Source of the DNA: Paramoeba atlantica
Lineage: Eukaryota > Protista > Discosea
DNA: 64,000 nt
NCBI GenBank assembly: GCA_977017575.1
Contig: CDRNVI010000044.1
Location: 868,001 to 932,000 of the forward strand
Direction: 5' to 3'
The notes beneath the pieces are model-generated. The model was not told where the DNA came from. It worked only from the letters and a program-made list of their open reading frames with translations, and made no database searches. The first letter of the stretch is position 1. Each line of letters starts with the position of its first letter. The position numbers and the translations under genes were made by a program. This document shows, one piece after another, positions 29,321-38,700 of this stretch.

Positions 29321-30490
29321 TCAATCTTCAGTGACCATCGGCATTTCCTCAATCTGCGTACCATAGAATTGTTCAATATCTCTTAAGAGCTGTGATTCTT
29401 CGTTACCGCAAACGAAATTTATTGCTATTCCTTTTCTGGCGAATCGACCTGTCCTACCAATGCGATGCAAGTATGTCTCGCGATTCTTTGGTAGGTCAAA
29501 ATTGACCACGAGAGTAACCTGTTGCACATCAATACCTCTGGCAAGGACATCTGTGGTAAGTAAAACTCGAGTAACACCGTTTCGAAAATCTTGTATAATA
29601 CGATCTCTCTCAGCCTGGGGCATTTCACCATGAATCATAGAAACACTAAAGTGGTCACGTTGAAGCTTCATTCCCAACCAGGTCACACGTTCTCGAGTAT
29701 TCAGAAAAATTACGGAGTGAGATGTGTGCAGAGATTCATACAAATCTTTCAGAGTGTCGTACTTCCATTCCTGGCGTTCGATCGGAACAAAATATTGCTT
29801 AATCTCCTCAAGTGCCAGCTCATCTCGCTTTACCAGAACCCTAACAGGATCAGTCATTACCTTTTCAACCAACTCTAATGTGGCTTGCGTAAGTGTAGCC
29901 GAAACAAACACAATTTGAACTATTTGTGGTAAATAAGAGTAACATGCATAGACTTGTTCCTTAAATCCCCTATCCAACATCTCATCTGCCTCATCAAGAA
30001 CAAAAAGTCTGATATTCCGCACGCGAAGACATTTCCTCTTTAGCATGTCAAAAACTCTCCCGGGAGTTCCACTCACAACTTGTACCCCACTCTCCAGACG
30101 CATCATGTCCTCTGTCATACTCTTACCCCCAATCACCGCATGGGCCGTCACTGCCATGAAGTCTCCCAGCGCTAGGCAAAGCGTACGTGTCTGAAGGGCA
30201 AGCTCTCGAGTTGGATTCAAAACAAGTGCCTGGGTTTCCCTAAGATTCGTGTCGAGACGTTGCAGAATGCCAAGAACAAACATGGAGGTCTTGCCCGTAC
30301 CCGACTGTGCTTGAGCCAGAACGTCGCGGCCTTGTGCGACGGAGAGTAGCGTACGCTGTTGGATAAGGCTTGGCTTTGCATATCCGTAGGCAAAGAGGCC
30401 CTTTAAGAGATCGCTACGAAGTTGAAAATCCTCAAACTGATGGATAACTCCCTCTGCGTCTGGTGTCGGTGTCGAACCGTCAACAATCAT
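29321..30490 (-). CDS. EIF4A3: DEAD-box helicase eIF4A-III/Fal1 (EJC core)
   Basis: [49 protein letters not shown] and HRIGRTGRF motifs. Likely ATG is 30490 (an upstream in-frame ATG exists at 30577). Confidence 0.85.
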   Translation of the reverse strand: MIVDGSTPTPDAEGVIHQFEDFQLRSDLLKGLFAYGYAKPSLIQQRTLLSVAQGRDVLAQAQSGTGKTSMFVLGILQRLDTNLRETQALVLNPTRELALQTRTLCLALGDFMAVTAHAVIGGKSMTEDMMRLESGVQVVSGTPGRVFDMLKRKCLRVRNIRLFVLDEADEMLDRGFKEQVYACYSYLPQIVQIVFVSATLTQATLELVEKVMTDPVRVLVKRDELALEEIKQYFVPIERQEWKYDTLKDLYESLHTSHSVIFLNTRERVTWLGMKLQRDHFSVSMIHGEMPQAERDRIIQDFRNGVTRVLLTTDVLARGIDVQQVTLVVNFDLPKNRETYLHRIGRTGRFARKGIAINFVCGNEESQLLRDIEQFYGTQIEEMPMVTED

Positions 30491-30730
30491 AGATAGCACT
30501 AAAACGATTTTTAGAAAATGCCTGCATTTTAAAATATACAAAAAAATGGTAATGTTAGAAGCGGAACTTTTGGCCATTCACGCATCAATCAGGTATTCAC
30601 GAAGTTAAATCAAACCCATTTGGTTCATTCCCATGTTATACGTACATTATACAACATTTATATTTTATATACTGCATTTAACAATTTATTAAATTGTTAA
30701 ATGTCTATGTTAAATTTAAATATACAACTA

Positions 30731-31577
30731 AACCACTCAAGAATAAGGCACCCCCCCTTGTTTTTCGCGCGCGGGGACCCATGGGGGTTGCAGCACCACT
30801 TTTTCGTTCAGAATTGAGATCTGTGCGTCCCCGGGGTCTTTAGACTATTTTGAAACTTTGAAAAAAATAGTTTCAAAAATTTATTGACACCCTAGGGAAA
30901 ATACTATTGTACCAAATTTTCGAGGACAGTGTCCCGAAGTAACTGGCACGAAACCTTAATATTTCTGTGAAATGCATGCAAAGATATCCGAAAGCAAAAA
31001 GACACCTAATCGACATATTAGCACAGAAAAAAAAATAGGCCGAACAAAAAATGTGAACAAATCATTTCTACTAAAGATATTGATGGAGACTGCAGCGCTA
31101 GATACATTGCAGGAAGATTAAGCAAAATCGGGCGGTTTTCCCCCTGGTTAACCTTTTCTAATGAGTACAACGGGTGAGTTTCTTAATTTTTTTCTGCCAA
31201 AAGGATCTATTTTTCAAAGGGAAAATCATGATCTAGGAGGTACTGGGGGGCTAGGGGACTATACAGATGAAACAAATACGCGAAATGGCTTATTTATTCC
31301 CTTTCTGTCGAATGTCGAAGGAATTAGATGAAAAGCTATTACGCTACTCTCTGTGGCCTGATTAGATTATCGTGACCTGGACTATACAGGTAAAGCATAG
31401 AAGTAGAAAGGCAAAAAAATGGTAATCGCCAATTCATATTCTACCTTATTCACCCCGGGATAAGTTTACGAGGTGCACAAAGTCTATTTACTGAGATCTG
31501 CAAAATGCCACAAGAATTTACTCAAACGGACTTACCATACTGACTTTAGAGGGGGGGCCTTATCGTGTCGAGGGGTT
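30731..31577 (+). mobile_element. Internally deleted derivative of the 13707-15073 Tc1 element, in opposite orientation
   Basis: 30740-31130 matches the reverse complement of about 14570-15060, and 31420-31577 matches the reverse complement of 13707-13870. TA flanks at 30729-30730 and 31578-31579. Confidence 0.85.
31305..31387 (+). repeat. Dispersed repeat family, copy A
   Basis: CTGTCGAATG.CGAAGGAATTAG..AAAAGCT.TTACG.T.CTCTGTGGCCT...CTGGACT is shared with 32313-32399 (reverse) and 35651-35713. Confidence 0.8.
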
Positions 31578-32312
31578 TATATATGTTTGTACAATAGATA
31601 TGTACAATAGATATCCCGCATTCCGCCTCCAAAACAGGCAGTTTGAAGATAAGTAACGTACTAGGATAAGTAGCGCACTACAGTGTAGAACAAGTCGTGT
31701 GACCTTCAAGGTGATGTTTTTAGTGTTTAGTTTCTGGGATTCTCAGATATTTTATTATGTAGCGAATGTCATGCTTGCGTCAAATAAGCAGGGAAATATC
31801 ATCTTTATCATCATGATTGGAAGGTGTTTAAAAGTTATTTACTAAAAGTTGTAATACTGTGACGCCCCTTATTATGGACACTTTTTCGGCTTTTGTTCAT
31901 AATAAAATGGGAGGGGTGAAAAGGGTCTGGAATAAAAAAATGCTAACATGCAAGCCATAGCCTTGCATGTGAAGCAGCATCTTTATTGTTTGACGGGAGT
32001 CGCTTTCTCCCTTTCCCCCTGACGCATATGATGTGTGCATTACTGTCACCCGCCTCTTTAGATTTTACAGGTATAATATTTAAGATACAAATTAGTTTTA
32101 TAACGTTCTTGTCACTGTGTCAATTTTTGGGAGCAATAGGTGTCCAGAGATAGAGATAAAGATAACCATTTTCAGGAGGGGAAAAGATGAAGGTTGAGTG
32201 GGAGGATTATTTATCATGCTTCGTCATTTTTCAACTTATCATGATCTTTTATTTTCTCTCTCTATTAAAGGGGGGGTCTCAGGGGGTCTCTATTAAACGA
32301 GAGCACAGTAAG

Positions 32313-32470
32313 CATACAGTCCAGGCCACATTGTCAGCCCCCTAGGCCACAGAGTACACCGTAAGAGCTTTTGACCTAATTCCTTTGGCATTCGACAGAT
32401 ATTAAAAAAGTGGAATGTTTCCCGTATTTTTTTCACATGTGGAGCCCCCCACATGAGTAACGGGTAAAAA
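32313..32470 (-). repeat. Dispersed repeat family, copy B (uninterrupted reference copy)
   Basis: Reverse complement reads GGGGGGCTCC..GTGAAAAAAATACGGGAAACATTCCACTTTTTTAATATCTGTCGAATGCCAAAGGAATTAGGTCAAAAGCTCTTACGGTGTACTCTGTGGCCT. Confidence 0.8.
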
Positions 32471-32619
32471 GAAAACATGGAAAAATGAGAATTATTCTGA
32501 AATATTTCGCGAAAAGTTCAATTTTTAGGTGTTTCTTGCTATAAAACCGTATCTCATCAACATGCTATTGCGGAAAACCCCTGTTAAATCTACTGAGAAT
32601 CTTATTCCAACACGCCCCC

Positions 32620-32880
32620 GAACGAAAACCCCCAAATTACGCACAAGATAGCTCAATGCGAACTCTTGAAATCACTCGTCAGTCCAAAAAGAAATTTAGT
32701 TAAAGAAATTTTAAAGCCTGAAAATGAGTAAGAGCTTCGGGTGGCCATTAAAAAAGCTTTTTTGGTGATTAAGCAAAGTCCCTATCAGCGTCAGGTTCTG
32801 AATTGTATGAATTTAGTGACCAAACGCATTTAAATTATGCAGCGTGTAAAGGGGGGTCATACAGGGTACTGGTTTGTCCC
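32620..32880 (+). pseudogene. Highly decayed Tc1/mariner transposase C-terminal fragment
   Basis: Translation across stops and a frameshift gives PPN...DIAQCELL...KPENE*ELRVAIKKAF...CMNLVTKRI*IMQRVKGGHTGY, resembling PPxSPDLxPxE...GGHTKY ends. Confidence 0.5.
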
Positions 32881-33290
32881 TTCAAATAAGTATTTTCTGA
32901 TGATTTTTTTCATTTTTTTCGTCTAAAAGAACTATTTTTTAAGGGAAAAAACCCAACTTTGGGAGTGTACACAGGGGGTCTAGGGGTCTCCTCGGATGAA
33001 AAAAAAACGGAAAACGTTCTACTTTTTCAAGAGAGGGACTGCGGGTACTTCGACCGAGACCGCACCGAGACCGCACCGAGACCGCACCGAGACCGCGGTT
33101 CGTATTTTCGATGGGGAGAGATAGAAAAACAGCCAAAAGTTTACATTTGTTTTTATTTTTAAGTGGAATTTCGAATTCGGTGTACGCTTCTAGCTATATT
33201 TTTCTTTGTTTCTTTCTCTGAATCATTTTCATCCTTTTTACTAACAACAGCGCGGTTTTCTTTTGCTGTAAATTTTGCTCCTAAATTTTT

Positions 33291-33935
33291 ATGACTATCG
33301 AGAGCAATGACGCATTGCAAGAGCGATTGACTTCTCTTGAGCCTGAGACAAGTGCCGAAGACAAATTCTTCGATGTCATCAACGCTTCGACGATCCGGGT
33401 CTTTACGAAGAGGCCCGACGTTTTCTCCAAGCCACGTTTGGAGATAAGCAATGCAGAGCTCAGTAGTAAAGTGGATGAACTCGCAGGGCGCGTGTCATGC
33501 ACGATGGACAACTTCCTACATGTTGCACGCTCTGTGTGTGGCATTAACTTGACCTCGTGCATCGTGACTCGCGTCCTGTTCCACTTGGTTGACCGCCGGG
33601 GCCATCTGCTTCTGAGCGTCCGCCCCCGGAGCGCGTACTTCCTTGGAGAGGCAACCGCCGACCTTGAAGCGTACCTTCAAAAAGACCCTCTCTTTTCCCC
33701 CCATCACCAAGGTGAAGTGGGCGACTTTGTGGACAGCGTGCGGTGCTCTTTTTCCGGGAAGCGGTCTCTCGTTTGCCAGCAGTGGCGTCAGCGCAAGCGG
33801 ACCGCTTCTCGTCAAAATGAATCAAGCAGCGGGGCTGAAGTCTCACCACCACCCCCAGAATACAATCCTCCCTCGTATTCGGTGGCCAGCCCGATCGCTA
33901 CTTCGGATCATTCGATTCGTTTCCCGGCCTTATAG
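33291..33935 (+). CDS. Transposon accessory ORF1 (214 aa), no recognised domain
   Basis: Intact ATG-TAG ORF inside the TIRs, preceded by a polypyrimidine tract and AG at 33249-33250. Confidence 0.6.
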   Translation: MTIESNDALQERLTSLEPETSAEDKFFDVINASTIRVFTKRPDVFSKPRLEISNAELSSKVDELAGRVSCTMDNFLHVARSVCGINLTSCIVTRVLFHLVDRRGHLLLSVRPRSAYFLGEATADLEAYLQKDPLFSPHHQGEVGDFVDSVRCSFSGKRSLVCQQWRQRKRTASRQNESSSGAEVSPPPPEYNPPSYSVASPIATSDHSIRFPAL

Positions 33936-34239
33936 GTGTGCTCCACATGAGACGAGAAAGTACGAAGGTAAGACGGTAACAAGGTCTTACGAAGGTAAGA
34001 CGGTAATGAGATGGTAAAGAAGGTAATAAGGCAAGTTAGAAGGCAAGGTAAGGTAAGGCAATTTCGTCCCCACTACTGTTCTGTTCGATTTTCCCTAATT
34101 ACTAGCTCATTCCACTAATTGTTATTTCATTCCACTAATTACAAGTACATGCTAAAATATTTCCGCCCAATAATAAAATACAACCCTACTTATTCTGCTT
34201 TTAAATCGAAATTTCCTTCAATCGTTTCATTCTCTCTCT

Positions 34240-35225
34240 ATGTTTGGCATCTCGGCAGCACAGGTGCGGGAGTTCTACAACGAGCTCCGACGTGTGCATG
34301 GATCCGATGTTACGGAGACTGATTACCGTCGTGGTCAGTCATCATTGTGCATCTGTTCTCTGAATTGCGCATGGGAACAGTTGTACGATGTCCAAAGGGC
34401 GTGGCTCTCACCGGACGCCCCGTTGATTTCAATTCGGACTCTCCAGGATGATTTTACTCGTGTGAGCTGTGCCGTTCACCCCTGTTCATGAACCCCGAGC
34501 CACGGTTTACCCAGGGAGTATCATGGTTATCTGACGTAACCTGCATGCTGGACGTCACGACGATCCCATGTCGTGCAAGAAAACCGAGAGAAGCACCTGA
34601 TGGAACCACCCGAGGTAGCACCTATTCGGGAAAGCACCGGCAGCACTGCTTCAAGGTGGAAGTTTGGCTAACTCTGGCCGGAGTTCCATTCTTCTTTCGC
34701 GGACCAGTTGTTGGCAGCATGCATGATGCCAAAATTTATATGAGTACTAGTGTGCATCGTACTCCGCTGTTCACTCACCACGAAGATGAAATGTTCTTGG
34801 CCGATCTAGGGTACATAGGTTGTGCGCACTGCCTTGTACCCTATAAGAAAACTGGCTGTGGTCTCACCGATGATGAAAAACGTGTGAATGAAAGGATTTC
34901 ACTGATTCGCTCTCGAATTGAGCGACGTTTTGCACATTTCGACAAGTTTCGTTTTCTTCATGGTACTGATCATGATATATCATGGGTCAGAGACGCTTTT
35001 CAAATTGTTTCTGTAGTTACGTATGGACTGCTGGCTACTCAGCCGCAGTATGTTTTCGATTCGATTATAAATTTAAGTTTGAAATCTACAAGTGATGAAG
35101 GTGAGTGTTTATGTAGTAAAGGGTGCGGTGTAGTTGATGGTATCGAAAGCTGCAGAGAGTGGCTTAAGGAAAATATAGATGGCGTTGCCTATGAGCCTAA
35201 AAAATCAAATAAGTGTGCTAAGTAA
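34240..35225 (+). pseudogene. DDE_Tnp_4 (Harbinger/IS5-like) transposase split by a 1-nt frameshift
   Basis: LDVTTIP, YSGKHRQHCFKVEV, GSMHDAKIY, FLADLGY and NERISLIRSRIERRFA motifs. Adding one C to the C4 run at 34479-34482 fuses the 83-aa and 245-aa ORFs into 328 aa. Confidence 0.85.
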
Positions 35226-36356
35226 TTTTATTTACTTATGGGCGGGGGGGGGGGTAGGCTTCCGGTGGGCCTAGGGGGTGTACACCAAAAAGAAAAATAT
35301 TTACGTTCAAGGCTCGTGATAAATTTGTAGTTATAAATGAGTGTATCAGGGTTACCCCTTTCTTTGGTAAAATCACGCGTATATTCCTTTTAGTAGATTT
35401 GTTACTAACCGTACAGATTTGTTAATAACCGTAAATTTCATTGAGATTTCCTCTCCAACTATGTCCGGATTCATGTAGCCTCGCCTTCGCCTTCTACGCC
35501 CCTGCCCCCACTCCCCACCCATTCCACACTTTCTGTTCTTGCACTGAGATAAGTGCGTACGCCGCACCGAGACCGCACCGAGGCCGCGCCGAGACCGCAC
35601 CGAGGCCGCGCCGAGACCGCACCGAATCCCCACCCGCAGCCCCTCAAGATCTGTCGATTGCCGAAGGAATTAGGTCAAAAGCTCTCACGGTGTACTCTGT
35701 GGTCTGGACTGTATTCTCAGATATGAGTATGCGTCGAATATCATGCTTGCTTCAAATAAGCAGGGAAATATCATCGATATCATCATGCTGAAAACTATTC
35801 TATATTTCGGTAATATTATTTTTTATTTAAATGACACTATATTATTTATTTAAATGGCGAAATTTTCCCATTATGGCGGGCCTACTTGTCGAGACATTTC
35901 TTTGGAAATACCTAGAATTCTTTGGCAATACCTAGAACAATAGGCTAAAATCCTTTTTTTTCAACATTTTAAGTGCTCTATAACACCGTAAAAGCCCGTT
36001 AACCTACGGTGCGTACTTCTAAAGACCACAATTTTACTTGCGTTTTTCCCCTATTTAAATATTATAGCGTTGACGCTACTGTATATTATTTAAAATATTT
36101 TAGAAACTTTAACACTATATTATTTAAATAACACTATATTATTTAAATAACGATTTAAATAATATACCGTTCCCGGGGTTACATGATTTGTTTTGCGAAT
36201 GCAAAGGGCATTTTGCCTTCTTTTTTTGCCTCTATAAGCCCAGTACACGAACCACGTAGGTCCATTGGGGGAGGTTGTTATATTCCAACTGATATAAAGA
36301 ATCTGACTTTCGTAGCGCGCACGTATCTTTAAGGTCCAAAAAAAAAATAGAATGTA

Positions 36357-37271
36357 AACCACCGTCCGGGTTATTATACCTAGGGACACCTATTGTACCT
36401 CCTAGGTATAATAAGTGTCCCTAGGGTCCTTATTATACCTCCCCCCCCCTACCTTCAGAGGCGGGTGCAGAACTTACAGGACAGTAAACTTTGATGTGGG
36501 AGGGGACTAAAATTTGTAAAACTTGGCCCATTTTGGAAAGTTATAGCGCATTCGAGAGCACTCGAACAGGGCTCATGAACGTGCAGGCACGTAATCTGCG
36601 TTTGGATTTTCGAATGCACATAGATCACATTGTTTTTTGGTAGACAAAATCTTGCATTTTTTACAATTTTTCTGATCCCCCCCCTGATTTATGCCACAAA
36701 GACGGGATTACGGACGATCGCCCAAACATAAACACTCCGAAAGGGTTAATTCATCTCCTGGACACGTAAAAGCATGCTGGTGCATGCTCTTTGTTGTCGC
36801 AGCAATCTTTTCCACTCACTGCGCGTAAATTTCAATGTTGCGTTTGATGAGGGAAACTTACCAAGAAATCAGATTGACATTGGATGTACTGCAGAAGTGT
36901 ATGGTTTTGTCTGCCACCATCTGTCACCGTCTGCCACTATCTGCTTGCATTACATCCCTTGTCAAGAATTTTGATCAGTTTGGGTATAGTAACCACGAAA
37001 ATACATGTATTCGTGACATTTCATATTCTTTTACCCCTGACCCCCCAGAAAACAATCTTACCCCCCACTCGCACACGTTTCCCCAGGCGCGAGAGGGAAA
37101 CTTACAAATGGATCATAACTTGTTGTGGGCAATGTGAAGAAGAACGCGCCGCGAAGCGGCGCGAAATTTTTTTTATCCTTTTTGCAAAGCAAAGTTATTA
37201 TACCTAGGGACACTTATTATACCTAGGGACACTTATTATACCTCCTAGGTATAATAACCCGGACGGTGGTT
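36357..37271. mobile_element. Non-autonomous TIR element (915 bp, TA target)
   Basis: TIR AACCACCGTCCGGGTTATTATACCTAGG at both ends; TA at 36355-36356 and 37272-37273; subterminal TTATTATACCTAGGGACAC repeats. Confidence 0.85.
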
Positions 37272-37301
37272 TAATATGAATTGTAATAAGTAAATTTTCA
37301 A

Positions 37302-38700
37302 TTAGCGGACACCCGCCTTCCTCCACTCTTTTACCGCGGAGGATAGTATCGCGGCGTTGCCTTTTTGAACAGCCACATTAATGGCTTGTAGTGCATGACG
37401 CAGGAAACCTTTCCTGTCATACGTATACCTTGCGATCTCCTTTAGGAGGAGTACGGTGCGCTTCCCTGCCACACCAAAAACGGTAAATGCAAGGGGGTAG
37501 AAATGCATACCCCTTTTCGTGGCCATGTCACTGTGCGCTTTTACTTACAAGCTTTCCACCCTTTCTAGAGTGTTGCCAGGCGCTACCCATTCGGCCTTAA
37601 CATAAGAAGGGGCGAGGGGGTTAACGACGGTCACGTCCACCAGACATATCTTCCCTCCCAGCATAAAGCAGACGTCGGGGCCCTGACCAGCAGAGAATCG
37701 GGGTTCATGATTGTCAGGAGTGAATCCGTACTGTCGTAGCAAGTGCACGAAGGCATTCTTAACAAGTTTGTGGCGAGTGGCCTCAGTGTCGCCTTTGACT
37801 TTATTGCAGTCAAGGGCGTGCACAACAAAATCTTTGTTTGAGAGGATGTCTCCGCACTCACATTGTGCGAAAGGGTCCGAAGTAGGTGCTATCAAGTATC
37901 GCATGCGCATGGCTGTTTCCCATTCTGCGTCGCGCATGAAGTACTCACCCCGATTCCTACGCGCCTCTGTCCAATTGCGCGTTCTCTTGTCCATCAACTG
38001 AAGTGAATGGACGTCATGTAGTTCGCTGGTTTCTTTACGCACTGCTGACTTCGACTCTTCATATCTTGTCAAGGCAGAACGTCGTCTTTCCATACACCCT
38101 AATACCTCAGCTTTTGTGCGAGAATACAGAGTTGCCGCTTGCTGCGCAAAAGGTTTCGCCCCCAAAAGGTCGCCCGTCATGAGAGTACTGTGAAACGGGT
38201 TCTTTTCCAGGTCTTCGAAGCCTCCTAGCAGCTCTGAGGCACACTCCTGTATGGCCTTGTCCGCTAACACGTTGGCTTTTGCCGTTACCTCCGGCTCATG
38301 ACACCGCATTAGGTAGTCCCACCGGGGGACTCCACATCTCTTCAGCAAAATGTAAGCACTTTGTAACGAGAGATGTTGCAGCCGATCCAGGAATGTCTGC
38401 AATTTAGGCATTTGGTTGACTACCCATCTGGTTTCATCCGCGCCTTCCTTGGAGACGAATGCACCTAGGAGCTTTTGTCCTTGCTCCGCATGCTCTATGT
38501 TCATACCTCTGAAAGGAGCGTACTGGTCATTGAAATGCGTCGAAAGCTTACATTTTGCCGGATGTACCTCCAGTCCTATTCCCGAAGCGTGATCACAGAG
38601 AGCGCCAAACGCCTGTGCGACACGTTCTGCCGGGCCGATGATTGAAAGGTCGTCTAGGTAAGCCCAAAGCGTCAGATCACTGAACTTATCCTTCAATATA
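37302..38700 (-). mobile_element. 5'-truncated non-LTR retrotransposon, CRE/SLACS-like (RT + CCHC + restriction-like endonuclease)
   Basis: WAYLDD and KLLGAF (RT); CECG...HALDC knuckle; RH, GPD and LVDVTVVNP RLE motifs. A premature TAA at 37545-37547 is followed in frame by FYPLAFTVFG...AVQKGNAAIL. Confidence 0.85.

Larger units (their letters stand above)
33033..35645 (+). mobile_element. PIF/Harbinger-type (PHIS superfamily) two-ORF DNA transposon
   Basis: 14-bp TIR GAGGGACTGCGGGT / ACCCGCAGCCCCTC (1 mismatch); AAGA duplicated at 33029-33032 and 35646-35649; subterminal 11-bp CCGAGACCGCA arrays; DDE_Tnp_4 ORF plus a second ORF. Confidence 0.85.

Noticed and set aside
35820-36170. ACACTATATTATTTAAAT repeats as a separate transposon
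   Set aside because: Three or four short AT-rich copies have no definable ends or TSD, so they were left as unclassified repeat debris.
13707-37271. Fanzor/TnpB cargo in the Tc1-like or MITE elements
   Set aside because: I found no RuvC motifs or CxxC...RDxNAA-type ending in any ORF inside the TIRs.
14088-37547. Stop-codon reassignment suggested by in-frame TAA codons
   Set aside because: In-frame stops occur only in TE relics. Long host ORFs read cleanly in the standard code and end at TAA, TAG or TGA.
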